47,132 bases of DNA, taken from the sequence record DRR378314_166, one strand, 5' to 3'. Made by a program: the position numbers and the translations under genes. Shown here in pieces: positions 27,265 to 37,029 of this stretch (position 1 is its first letter; every line of letters starts with the position of its first letter). A model generated the notes under the pieces. The model was not told the origin of the DNA. It worked only from the letters and a program-made list of their open reading frames with translations, and ran no database searches.

Positions 27265-28347
27265 TTAGCTTTTTGCGAGGCCCTTGACGGCTTTTTCAAT
27301 TGTTTCAATGCCGCGTTTCCAGATCATTTCCTTCCAGTCATCGGCATCACAGTAAAAAGCATCTCGAACTTGCTTCTTGATGCTTTGTCCCAGATTACTG
27401 TCCACATCGCCGTATGCGTAGAGCCAGTTGTCGGCCCGAAGGGCGTTTAGAACCTCCATCAACTCAAGTGTGCCATATTCAATAGCCACGCAGGTATTAA
27501 CGGCATTTGGGACGCTTTCCGTAATTCCTTTATTGATGGTCCCTGAGACAGGCGCAGATGAGGATGTTCCGGTTTCGTGAGAGGTAACTTCACCATCATA
27601 CCAGTCCATGGCCCGTTCAATTCCATCCAGATCGCCAACATAAATCAGTTCCCCATATCCGTAGGGACCAAGACCGGTATGAATGTCCAGCAGCGCTACA
27701 TGCTTTGCCGTCCCCGCATGTTGTGTTGCAACTGAACGAAGGGTCTCATTGCTCCATGCCGGTTTATCCCCACCATAAAAAATCCCATTTGGCTTAATAT
27801 GCTGCCCGCCACTTGCGGCGGCCTGGAATTTTGGCATCCCGTTTTTTTCGATATAGGCCTGAATTGCGTTTTCTGCTGTTTCCTTTGCCGGGCCATCCCA
27901 GTCTTTGGGAACAATCATGTCATGAATTTCCCGATAAGCTTCATTTTCAGGCAGCGGGTCAGAATAATCCCGAAAATTGCGGTTCAGGTCGATATTGTTT
28001 TCGTTAACCCGGCGAACGTGGGAAAAGCCATAAGGGTTAATGGCATGGATGAAGACAATAGCGACGTCATCTGGCAAATCATTCAGGTAGTTTTGGTCCA
28101 GAAGGGCAACTTGAATTCCAGATCCACAAAACCCTTCCCCGCCATGCGTTCCCGAACTGACAAACAATATTTTTGAGGCGTCTTGCGGGCCCAGTCGGGC
28201 GACATCCATATACAGGTCTTCACCGTCTCGACCTTTGGCGTTTGGGTTTAGGTGGTTTTCCACAACCAATCCCCTGTTTTTGCAAGCATTCAGGAATTTT
28301 TGTCTTGCTTCTGCATAGGTGGCCGAAAAATACTGTGGTATGGACAT
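27265..28347 (-). CDS. M14-like zinc metallopeptidase (DUF2817 family)
   Basis: SGTHGGEG (HxxE), HAINPYG, RRVNENNIDLNRNF, DIHTGLG, IEYGT. Confidence 0.82.
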   Translation of the reverse strand: MSIPQYFSATYAEARQKFLNACKNRGLVVENHLNPNAKGRDGEDLYMDVARLGPQDASKILFVSSGTHGGEGFCGSGIQVALLDQNYLNDLPDDVAIVFIHAINPYGFSHVRRVNENNIDLNRNFRDYSDPLPENEAYREIHDMIVPKDWDGPAKETAENAIQAYIEKNGMPKFQAAASGGQHIKPNGIFYGGDKPAWSNETLRSVATQHAGTAKHVALLDIHTGLGPYGYGELIYVGDLDGIERAMDWYDGEVTSHETGTSSSAPVSGTINKGITESVPNAVNTCVAIEYGTLELMEVLNALRADNWLYAYGDVDSNLGQSIKKQVRDAFYCDADDWKEMIWKRGIETIEKAVKGLAKS

Positions 28348-28469
28348 TGTTTAATAACTCCAACTATTGATTGTCGTGAGATTTTACAGCAAACACTAGT
28401 GAGGGAAATAAAAAAACAAACCTAATACCGATAATGAAAAAAATTTAAAAATAAAAGGGAGTGATCATA

Positions 28470-29477
28470 ATGGCGGGCAAATCCTATTTGATTTATGGGT
28501 CAGAATATTCACCATTTTCTGTTAAAATCAGATCCTACTTTCGCTTTAAAAATATTCCGCATGAATGGCGTCTCAGAACGCAGGAAAATTTTTCTGAATT
28601 TCAGAAGCTGGCCAAATTACCGTTGATCCCACTTGTTTTTGATGGGGAGGACGAGGTTCTGCAGGATAGCACTCCCATCATGACTAAGATGGAGGACCGC
28701 TACACAGAGAATTCTATTATTCCCGATGATCCGGCACTAGCCTTCTTGTCTTATTTGCTGGAAGAATATGCAGATGAATGGGTTAATAAACCTATGTTTC
28801 ACTACAGGTGGTGGCGCGATGAAGACCAAATTCATATCTCTAAGAGCTTGTCTGAAAGTTTATCTCCAAATGGTACCGTCCAAGAGCGTCATCAACTTAG
28901 TGCTCAAATTCGCGAAAGAATGGTGCCGCGCCTGAGCTTTGTTGGTTCTAATGCGCAAAATAAAGAGACCATTGAGTTGTCACTATCAATGTTGCTGGAG
29001 AGTTTAGAGCCGATTTTTAAGAAACGCGCTTATCTATTTGGTGGCAGACCATCTTTCGGTGACTTTGGTCTGTTTGGCCAGCTGTATTGTTGTACACAGC
29101 AACCGACAACGGCACGCATGATGGAGAGCTATCCGGAAACACTTCGCTGGATTGAGCGGATGATGGATCCGAAAGCTGATGGGTCTTGGGCAGATTGGGA
29201 CAGCATTGTTGAAGATTTCCAATCTTTGGTCGATTGCCAAATCGCTGGACTTTACCTTCCTTGGGCCGTTGCCAATGAAGCTGCGCTGAAGCAGGGGAGT
29301 GAGGAAGTTGTTGTTGATTTACTCGGACGAGAGTTTCGCCAGGATACGGTCAAATATTTAGGTCGGTCCTTTGTTGCTCTGAAAAACCGGATGCAGCAGG
29401 TTGAAGACAATGAGAAAGTGGAACAGTTCCTATTGAACAGCAACTGCCTTGCCCCTTTGGTTGGCGAAAGCTGGTAG
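28470..29477 (+). CDS. Glutathione S-transferase family protein
   Basis: SPFSVKIRSY, KLPLIP, LQDSTPI, YLFGGRPSFGDFGL. Confidence 0.82.
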   Translation: MAGKSYLIYGSEYSPFSVKIRSYFRFKNIPHEWRLRTQENFSEFQKLAKLPLIPLVFDGEDEVLQDSTPIMTKMEDRYTENSIIPDDPALAFLSYLLEEYADEWVNKPMFHYRWWRDEDQIHISKSLSESLSPNGTVQERHQLSAQIRERMVPRLSFVGSNAQNKETIELSLSMLLESLEPIFKKRAYLFGGRPSFGDFGLFGQLYCCTQQPTTARMMESYPETLRWIERMMDPKADGSWADWDSIVEDFQSLVDCQIAGLYLPWAVANEAALKQGSEEVVVDLLGREFRQDTVKYLGRSFVALKNRMQQVEDNEKVEQFLLNSNCLAPLVGESW

Positions 29478-29510
29478 AGTTTAAAAGGTCGAAGCCGCAG
29501 AGGTGATTGA

Positions 29511-31718
29511 TTATTTTTCAATTGCCTCGCGGATCTTTTCAGCCAGATCTTTCTTGCGAAACGGCTTATTGATCAGCAGCGCAGAATCCCCAAGTTCCGT
29601 ATGGGCTTCAAGCGCGTTCTGTGTGTAGCCAGACATGAAGAGCACATTGAGTTGTGGCTTGTCTTCTCTTGCCTTTATCGCAACCTCAGGACCGCGGAGG
29701 CCACCGGGCAAAACCACATCCGATAAAAGAAGATCGATGTTATCATTATTGGATAGCACATCCAATGCAGACGCACCGTCGTGAGCCTGCAGGACATTAT
29801 AGCCGAGACTTTTCAGCTGTAGCACCGTGAGTTCACGAACATCAGGGTCATCTTCAAGGACAAGAATAGTTTCTGAACCAGTCTTAAATTGTTGTTGAGT
29901 CATGTCGTCGTCAACCCCTACGCGCTCTTCAAGTGCTTTTGGCAAGAATAGTTTTACTGTCGTACCGACGTTTACTTCACTGTATACTAACACATGTCCG
30001 CCGGATTGTTTTACAAATCCATAAATCATACTTAGCCCGAGCCCTGTCCCTTCGCCAACTTGTTTTGTTGTGAAGAAAGGCTCAAAAATCCGGTCGAGGA
30101 TTTCTTGTTCAATACCTGACCCATTATCCGAAATAGACAACATTACATAGTCACCGGGGCTAACATCTTCATGTTGCGTAGCGGCTTCTGCGTCAACGAC
30201 AGTGTTGGCAATTTCAATGGTCAAAATGCCTTCAGGAACTTGTGCTGTATTGATTGCATCCCGGGCATTGATCGCCAAGTTGATAATGGCATTTTCAAGC
30301 TGTCCCTGGTCCACATTGCAGGACCAGGTATCACTTTGAAAGCGGGTGTTGATCTTGATACTTTCGCCTAGAACTCTGGCTAGCATACCAGCCATTTTAT
30401 CAACCAATTCTGTCAAATTGGTCGTTTTGGGGGTGAGCATTTGCTTGCGGGAAAAGGCGAGCAGTTGCTGGGTGAGTTCAGCACCGCGTAAAGCCGCAGA
30501 AATGAGGATTTTCAAATGACTCATTTCTTCAGCTTCAGGCTTCAGCTTTTCTTCCATTAGTTCGGCGTTCCCAAGCACGATTGCCAACAAATTGTTGAAA
30601 TCGTGGGCAACCCCACCGGTTAGTTCGCCAACAGCCCGCATCTTTTCAGATTGGCGGAGTTGTTCTTCACTTTTTGCCAGAGCAATTTCTGACGATTTCC
30701 GCGCAGAAATATCTTCCAGGCTAATTCCGGTAAAGACTTGGCCAGCTCTTTCCAGGCTATGATACGCAAATTGGACGGGGACCTGAGCGCCAGTTTTATC
30801 AACGATTTCCCGTTCGTAGAGGCTAATGGTGCCTCCTGCCGTTGCCGCATTGAAACGGTTTTTTTCTTCATCAACCCAGCCGCTGGGTGTGATATCCCAA
30901 AGTGAAAGGCTGGTAAGTTCTTGGCTTTCGTATCCAACAATTTTTCGAAATGCCGGATTTGCATCAACAAATGTTCCATCCTGTTTTGTCAAGGCGAGAC
31001 CGATAGGTGATTGATCGAACAGCATCCGATTATATTGTTCGCTTTCTCTCAGGGCCAGATAAGAGGTTTCAATGTTCTGCCGCATCAAATTCAGAGCGGA
31101 GACAACATCGTCCAGTTCGTCAGGGTTTTCTGGGTTTTGGGCTCTCGCAAGAGACAGCGGCGGTTGTTGACTTTCCAGTTTCACATTACGTGCGAAATTA
31201 GACAATGTCAGAAGATGCCGGGAAATTTGATATTGAAAAACAATGAGGAAAAAACCAGCGATCAGGGAGATCACGACCGCATTATTGGCCAGAATGATTA
31301 AAGCCCTTGACTTTAGGTTGTTAAAAACGGGGTTCAAACCTGCGACGATCCGAATAGAGCCAAGATTAAACGTTTGCCCATCATTCGTCAGTGACAGGCT
31401 AACTTCCCGCTCAATTGACTGATCTGATTTGATAGCTCCCTGGACCCATCGAACATCTTCATCTTCGGTTATAGAAACATATTCAATATAAGGTGAATTT
31501 ACCAACCCGGTCAGGAAAACCTGAATTTGCTCATCGTCCAACACCCAAATGTTGTACGTCAGATTATTGAGTTGGTTGTCCTCAATCTCATCCAGTCGCT
31601 CTTCAATGATCCCAAGCTCTGACCGGTAATCAATGTATAGCTGTATTACGGTACTTGCGAGTGTGATGATAACACTAAAACAGATTATCCACAGGATCAG
31701 CCGTTTGGCTACAGTCAT
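29511..31718 (-). CDS. Membrane hybrid sensor histidine kinase (periplasmic sensor-HAMP-PAS-HisKA-HATPase-REC)
   Basis: Two TM helices, PDELDDV HAMP-like segment, [12 protein letters not shown]-box, [26 protein letters not shown], receiver LEDD..SDVVLP..KP. Confidence 0.92.
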   Translation of the reverse strand: MTVAKRLILWIICFSVIITLASTVIQLYIDYRSELGIIEERLDEIEDNQLNNLTYNIWVLDDEQIQVFLTGLVNSPYIEYVSITEDEDVRWVQGAIKSDQSIEREVSLSLTNDGQTFNLGSIRIVAGLNPVFNNLKSRALIILANNAVVISLIAGFFLIVFQYQISRHLLTLSNFARNVKLESQQPPLSLARAQNPENPDELDDVVSALNLMRQNIETSYLALRESEQYNRMLFDQSPIGLALTKQDGTFVDANPAFRKIVGYESQELTSLSLWDITPSGWVDEEKNRFNAATAGGTISLYEREIVDKTGAQVPVQFAYHSLERAGQVFTGISLEDISARKSSEIALAKSEEQLRQSEKMRAVGELTGGVAHDFNNLLAIVLGNAELMEEKLKPEAEEMSHLKILISAALRGAELTQQLLAFSRKQMLTPKTTNLTELVDKMAGMLARVLGESIKINTRFQSDTWSCNVDQGQLENAIINLAINARDAINTAQVPEGILTIEIANTVVDAEAATQHEDVSPGDYVMLSISDNGSGIEQEILDRIFEPFFTTKQVGEGTGLGLSMIYGFVKQSGGHVLVYSEVNVGTTVKLFLPKALEERVGVDDDMTQQQFKTGSETILVLEDDPDVRELTVLQLKSLGYNVLQAHDGASALDVLSNNDNIDLLLSDVVLPGGLRGPEVAIKAREDKPQLNVLFMSGYTQNALEAHTELGDSALLINKPFRKKDLAEKIREAIEK

Positions 31719-31978
31719 ACTAATGCCCCGGTATTTGGTTCACATATAGGCTAACCCTAATGAATTAGTCCGTCTACGTCTATGTTTCGTCTTAATAGCT
31801 TTTTACCAAAAAATGTTTCAATATGTTGAATATTGGCACACATAAATAAAAATTAATTCCAGGGCAGTATTTCACATTGTTTTTCTGTTTATTTGTTGGA
31901 AGCCCAACGATTGGTATGGTATCAGGCATGGGTTATTCCACGACTTCGGGATGGCGCCGAATTGAATTGGGGTTAAAA

Positions 31979-33004
31979 ATGAAACCAGAACAAACAGATT
32001 CCAATATTCAGCGAATTAAAAGTTGGCTGCAGGGGAACTTTCCAGGCGTTCTCGTCTGTTTGACGATAGCCATGGCCGCTACTTTCCTCAGTGAGCATTA
32101 TGGCGGACCGGTGATGTTGTTTGCGTTGTTATTGGGAATGGCGTTTCATTTCCTCTCTGAGGAGGGGCCCTGCAAAAAAGGAATTGAGCTGGCCTCAAAA
32201 ACCATATTGCGAATTGGTGTCGCCTTGTTGGGTGTTCGCATCACTTTTGGTCAAATCGCGGATCTTGGAGAGGTTACAATAATCGGGGTAGTTGTTGCGA
32301 TTTTTGCAACCATCTTGTTTGGCTGGAGTTTTGCTAAAGTCTTTCGATTGAAACCTTCCCAAGGGCTACTTTCTGGCGGAGCTGTGGCTATTTGCGGGGC
32401 GTCTGCAGCTCTGGCGCTTTCAGCCGTTATGCCCAAAAACAAACATTCAGAAAATAACACGATTGTTACTGTTGTTGCTGTCACGACACTAAGTACGGTT
32501 GCGATGGTGTTGTACCCGTTGATTACGCAGCAGGCAGGATTTAGGCCCATCGACGCGGGTGTTTTTCTGGGGGGAACAATCCATGACGTTGCGCAAGTGG
32601 TTGGGGCCGGTTACAGCATTTCTGATGAAACGGGTGATGTGAGTACAGTTGTAAAATTGTTGCGTGTTACGATGTTGGTGCCGGTCGTTTTAATTTTCAG
32701 CTTCATTTTCAGTGCTCGTAATAAGGCTAAAGAGGATGGAGCTAAAGTAAGCCTGTTGCCACCCACCTTCCTGATCGGGTTTATTATCTTTGTGGTTCTG
32801 AATAGTTTTAATTTGATGCCAGTTTTGGTGGTAGACCATTTGACGGACCTCTCTCGGGTCTGCCTTGTCACTGCTATTGCGGGACTGGGAATGAAAACGT
32901 CCTTGCAGGAATTATTTAAAGTCGGTTGGACTATTGTTGGTTTGGTCGTTTCTGAAACCATTTTTATTGCTCTGTTCATTTATGGTCTCGTTACTTTTAT
33001 GTAA
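31979..33004 (+). CDS. YeiH family putative sulfate exporter
   Basis: LRIGVALLG, AICGASAALA, GTIHDVAQVVGAG, VKLLRV; start set at ATG 31979. Confidence 0.88.
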   Translation: MKPEQTDSNIQRIKSWLQGNFPGVLVCLTIAMAATFLSEHYGGPVMLFALLLGMAFHFLSEEGPCKKGIELASKTILRIGVALLGVRITFGQIADLGEVTIIGVVVAIFATILFGWSFAKVFRLKPSQGLLSGGAVAICGASAALALSAVMPKNKHSENNTIVTVVAVTTLSTVAMVLYPLITQQAGFRPIDAGVFLGGTIHDVAQVVGAGYSISDETGDVSTVVKLLRVTMLVPVVLIFSFIFSARNKAKEDGAKVSLLPPTFLIGFIIFVVLNSFNLMPVLVVDHLTDLSRVCLVTAIAGLGMKTSLQELFKVGWTIVGLVVSETIFIALFIYGLVTFM

Positions 33005-33025
33005 GAGCAACGCATCTCCAAGCAG

Positions 33026-33054
33026 GCTTCATTAACCTTTCACAATTTTTTCAG
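33026..33054 (+). promoter_or_regulatory. Putative Pho box (three repeats with 11-bp period)
   Basis: GCTTCAT-taac-CTTTCAC-aatt-TTTTCAG upstream of a phosphatase gene. Confidence 0.45.
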
Positions 33055-33166
33055 TTTCGGAAAAAAGACTTGTCTTGGCTTTTGAGTTCTGTCGAAATGA
33101 GATCTTCGGCTGATACCGAATGTTGCCTCGTTCAGTGGGGTACAATCTAACTCTGGGAGATATCAG

Positions 33167-34021
33167 ATGACAGTTGCGATGCGCGCGTGGGGAGCAGTGT
33201 GTGGATTAGCCGCCTTAGGAGCGGTTGCTATTGTGCCAGCAGTAAATGCTGAAGAAAAACCAAATGATCTTATGAATGCGACCGTCTGGACGCAAACGTC
33301 CGTGGAATTCAAAGCGTCTTCCTTGGCGGCGTTCAAATTGGCAGAGGTCATGCTCGACAAAGCACTGGAGAACAAAGACTGGACCGCTGCGTTGGAGCAG
33401 GGGGATAATTATCAGGGAAAACCACCTGCCGTCATTCTGGATGTGGATGAGACAGTATTGGATAACTCAGAATATGAGGCCTGGTTGATCAAAGCAGGCA
33501 AGAACTATAGTTCTAAAACTTGGGGTCCGTTTGTAGATAACGCAATTTCAGACCCGATACCGGGGTCACTGGAATTTATCAATTACGCGAAATCAAAAGG
33601 TGTTGAGATTTTCTACGTCTCTAACCGCAAAAAACCAGGCGAAGAGGGAACCCGCAAGAACTTGAAAGCCTTGGGCTATCCGATAAATGAAGCAATGGAT
33701 ACAGTTTTATTGCGGGGCGAAAATGATTGGGGATCCGCGAAGGGAACCCGACGCGCCCATGTCGCCCAGGATTACCGGATCGTGATGCTTCTGGGTGACA
33801 ATCTCGGGGATTTTCTTGATGCAAAAGATGCCTCTTTGAAAGAGAGAGATGAAATCTTCGAAAAGTATAAAGGGAACTGGAATACTAAATGGATTACTAT
33901 TGCCAATCCAATGTACGGCTCCTGGGAAGGATCTGCCATTCAGTATAAATGGCGGGCTAGCGAAGCTGAAAAGCGTCAAATGAAAATGGATGCTATGAGA
34001 TATTGGGAACCAAAAAAGTAA
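33167..34021 (+). CDS. Class C acid phosphatase / 5'-nucleotidase e(P4) family (HAD)
   Basis: ILDVDETVLDNS, YVSNR, GDNLGDF, NPMYGSWE; N-terminal signal peptide. Confidence 0.9.
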   Translation: MTVAMRAWGAVCGLAALGAVAIVPAVNAEEKPNDLMNATVWTQTSVEFKASSLAAFKLAEVMLDKALENKDWTAALEQGDNYQGKPPAVILDVDETVLDNSEYEAWLIKAGKNYSSKTWGPFVDNAISDPIPGSLEFINYAKSKGVEIFYVSNRKKPGEEGTRKNLKALGYPINEAMDTVLLRGENDWGSAKGTRRAHVAQDYRIVMLLGDNLGDFLDAKDASLKERDEIFEKYKGNWNTKWITIANPMYGSWEGSAIQYKWRASEAEKRQMKMDAMRYWEPKK

Positions 34022-34046
34022 GGCTCTTGATGTTTCGATGAATGTG

Positions 34047-34080
34047 GAGGTCCCTGTGCTTGTCGCAGGGGCCTCTTTTT
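34047..34080 (+). terminator. Intrinsic terminator
   Basis: gaggtccctgtg-cttgt-cgcaggggcctc followed by ttttt. Confidence 0.8.
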
Positions 34081-34147
34081 ATATGTTTAGAAACAAGCCT
34101 TTATCTCACCATATTTTTGCCAAAAATTAAATTAAGAATAACAGCAA

Positions 34148-34180
34148 TATAACCTTTATAAATAATTTTAACTGGTTATA
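34148..34180. promoter_or_regulatory. Spaced inverted repeat TATAACC-N19-GGTTATA
   Basis: 7-bp perfect arms around an AT-rich spacer, upstream of the CGNR gene. Confidence 0.55.
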
Positions 34181-34308
34181 ATTAAAAAAATAGTTTTTTG
34201 GTGTAATTTAGGGGTTTTCGTCACCGATAATATGGTGCAGATTGCGCCCGTTGAGTCGCCCGATTGGCGGGAAAGCTCATAATAACTGTAATCTAACGGA
34301 GAAGCGTT

Positions 34309-34944
34309 TTGGCAAAGTTACGTGCCTTGGTGAAGGCAGGTGTGGTAAATTCAGAAGGTTTTTATTCTGTCGGCGGTCGAACCGCAGTGGATTTTGCCAA
34401 TACAATTGTCAGGTTGGATCGCAAGGAAAATGGTTTGGCCTCTTTTGAGGATCTGTTGACCTTTCTGAAGGCGCAGGAGCTGCTGCATGAGGATGAGGCT
34501 TCCAGCTACCACATGTATCTGTTTCAAAATCCGGAACGTTGTGATCAGGTCATGGCTAAATTGCAGGAGGTTCGTGCCAAATTCCGGCAGGCATTGGATC
34601 AGTTATCGACAGGCTGGCCTATGGACCCGATGTTTGTCGGCGAAATCAACGATCAACTGGCCGAATATAAAAGTCAAATCCGACTAGAGCCTGCAGAAGG
34701 TGGCTATGAGTTGCAAACCTTTTTGACAGAGCAGGGGCCGGAGCAGCTGATCTATCCTATTTTAAAAGATATCGCTGAGTTTCTGGCGAGTGAGCAGGCG
34801 GAAAAAATTCGCCAATGCGCGGCGGACGACTGCCAACTCTATTTTATCAATACGTCCCGTAATGGACGTCGGCGGTGGTGTTCCATGTCGACTTGCGGCA
34901 ATAGGGCGAAGGTAAATGCCTATCTGAAACGACAGGAAACTTAA
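34309..34944 (+). CDS. CGNR zinc-finger / ABATE (DUF1470) putative regulator
   Basis: AVDFANT N-terminus; CAADDC...RRRWCSMSTCGNRAKV; TTG start after GGAG. Confidence 0.9.
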   Translation: MAKLRALVKAGVVNSEGFYSVGGRTAVDFANTIVRLDRKENGLASFEDLLTFLKAQELLHEDEASSYHMYLFQNPERCDQVMAKLQEVRAKFRQALDQLSTGWPMDPMFVGEINDQLAEYKSQIRLEPAEGGYELQTFLTEQGPEQLIYPILKDIAEFLASEQAEKIRQCAADDCQLYFINTSRNGRRRWCSMSTCGNRAKVNAYLKRQET

Positions 34945-35020
34945 GGTCAGTTTGTCACATCCCCCTTAAAATTTAATCTGCTATGGTGGGGCATCTTTTC
35001 TGTGATGTGATGGATGTGAA

Positions 35021-35524
35021 ATGGCCTATCAAACGAATATCCCACCTAATTGCAGGCTCTTGGATGAATGGGAAACCTGTTCCTACCGGGATTGTTTTGC
35101 GGAAGATTACTGGGCCAAACCGAATGAAACTGCGATTATTCTTTTTACCTGGACATTGGTGCAGCAGCCCTGGTGGGTCCGTTCATTGATGTCCGTTCGG
35201 AATTTTGTGGTTCGGTTCTTCGGTTTGAAAACAGATACCCCCAATCCCAGTTTTTCTGAAAGATCAGTGGTGGAGTACCAGCCCGGTGATCATATTGGAT
35301 TTTTTCTGATTGAACATATCGCCGATAACGAGCTGGTGGTTTCGACAAACGACCGGCATCTGGATGCCTCTTTTTCTTTTCAAATCAGCGACTCGCGCGA
35401 AGTCGTCTCTTTGACGTCAACGGTGACAACGAAGGAGCGGTTTGGACGTATTTATATTTTTGTGATCGCCCCGTTTCACAAGGCGATCATTCGCTATATG
35501 CTTCGCCGTCTTAATCCCGTGTGA
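35021..35524 (+). CDS. DUF2867 family protein
   Basis: YRDCF, PWWVRSLMSVRNFVVRFFGLK, DRHLD, GRIYIFVIAPFHKAII. Confidence 0.75.
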   Translation: MAYQTNIPPNCRLLDEWETCSYRDCFAEDYWAKPNETAIILFTWTLVQQPWWVRSLMSVRNFVVRFFGLKTDTPNPSFSERSVVEYQPGDHIGFFLIEHIADNELVVSTNDRHLDASFSFQISDSREVVSLTSTVTTKERFGRIYIFVIAPFHKAIIRYMLRRLNPV

Positions 35525-37019
35525 CGACAGATCTTAATTCGTTCTTTTGAACCTTACCCATAGTGTTTCGCGGCAGTTCTTTTAAAAGAAAAACCTCTTT
35601 CGGGACTTTAAAGTTGGCAAGTTTTTCTTTCACGAAGTCAATGACACTTTGCGCCGTTACTGGGTGAGTACCGTCCGGAACAATACAGGCGACAACAGCC
35701 TCACCAAAATCAGGGTGTGGTTTGCCGACAATGGCACTTTCCAGAACGCCGGGCATTTCATCAAGATAACTTTCGATTTCTTTCGGGTAAACGTTGTAAC
35801 CGCCGGAAATAATCAGGTCTTTTGAGCGTCCAACGATACGATAGTACCCGTCTTCACCTACCCGGGTCATGTCTCCAGTGATGAAAAACCCGTCTTCTCG
35901 AAATTCCTGCGCCGTTTTTTCAGGCATGTTCCAATAACCTTTGAAAACATTTGGGCCTTTGATTTCCAGAATACCAATTTCTCCATCAGCAACAATCTTG
36001 CCCTCTTCGTCAGCGATGCGGACGTCGTTATCCAATGGAAAGCCAACGGATCCGGCGACTCGTTTGCCGTCATAGGGATTGGAGGTAATCATACCCGCTT
36101 CGGACATGCCATAGCGTTCCAAAATGATGTGACCGCTTCTTTCGGTAAATTCATTGAAGGTGTCTTCGAGCAGTGGTGCCGAACCTGCTGTGAACAAGCG
36201 CATGTTTGTACAGGTATCTTCTGTGAAGGCGGGTGTTCCCAATAGGCGGACATAAAAGGTGGGCACACCCATGAACACGGTTGAGCGCGGCAAGTGGAGT
36301 ATCACCGTTTCAGGATCAAACTTGGATAAAAAGATAACCGTGTTGCCACTCAGAAATGCGCAATGCAAAGCAACGAAAAGGCCGTGAACATGAAAGATTG
36401 GCAAGGCATGCAGCAGGATATCCTGTGGCTCAAAGGCCCATGCCTTGACGAGGCTTTTTGCATTACTGGCGAGGTTGCTATGAGTCAGCATTGCCCCTTT
36501 TGAGCGTCCGGTTGTGCCTGACGTATAGAGGATTGCAGCCAGATCATCAGCTTCACGGGCGACCGTTTTAAACGTTTCGGGTTGCGCTGAGGCTTCTGTC
36601 GTCAGGCTACCTTGCCCATAATTATCCAATGTGAATACTTTTGTGACGCAGGCATCATCTGCAACCTGTTGAAGCGCTTCCAGATTACGGGGGTCACAGA
36701 CAAGAATGGCTGGTTTGGCGTCTGTTAGAAAATATTCGACTTCAGCCGTTTTGTAAGCGGTATTGAGCGGCAGATAGGCAAGTCCTGCTTTCAGGCATGC
36801 TAGGTACAAGATAACGGCTTCAACTGTTTTGCCAATTTGAACCGCAACCCTGTCCCCAGGATTTGCGCCGCTTGAAACCAGAAGATTTGCAACTTTTGAG
36901 GAGCTTTCGATCAGGTCGGAATAGCTGTAGGTGTTTCCATCCGGCGTTTCAAAGGCGATCTTTGTACTGTTGGAGGAAAAGACGGTTTCAAACTGACTGT
37001 AAAGATTGTGATCAGACAT
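35511..37019 (-). CDS. matB: Malonyl-CoA synthetase
   Basis: YTSGTTGRSKG, HALPIFHVHGLFV, ILERYGMSE, GRSKDLIISGGYNVYPKEIE, PRNTMGKVQK; clustered with malonyl-CoA decarboxylase. Confidence 0.9.
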   Translation of the reverse strand: MSDHNLYSQFETVFSSNSTKIAFETPDGNTYSYSDLIESSSKVANLLVSSGANPGDRVAVQIGKTVEAVILYLACLKAGLAYLPLNTAYKTAEVEYFLTDAKPAILVCDPRNLEALQQVADDACVTKVFTLDNYGQGSLTTEASAQPETFKTVAREADDLAAILYTSGTTGRSKGAMLTHSNLASNAKSLVKAWAFEPQDILLHALPIFHVHGLFVALHCAFLSGNTVIFLSKFDPETVILHLPRSTVFMGVPTFYVRLLGTPAFTEDTCTNMRLFTAGSAPLLEDTFNEFTERSGHIILERYGMSEAGMITSNPYDGKRVAGSVGFPLDNDVRIADEEGKIVADGEIGILEIKGPNVFKGYWNMPEKTAQEFREDGFFITGDMTRVGEDGYYRIVGRSKDLIISGGYNVYPKEIESYLDEMPGVLESAIVGKPHPDFGEAVVACIVPDGTHPVTAQSVIDFVKEKLANFKVPKEVFLLKELPRNTMGKVQKNELRSVVTRD

Positions 37020-37029
37020 TTTCTTCTTC

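Noticed and set aside
31833..31850. TTGGCAC as a sigma54 -24 element upstream of yeiH
   Set aside because: No TTGC at the -12 position.
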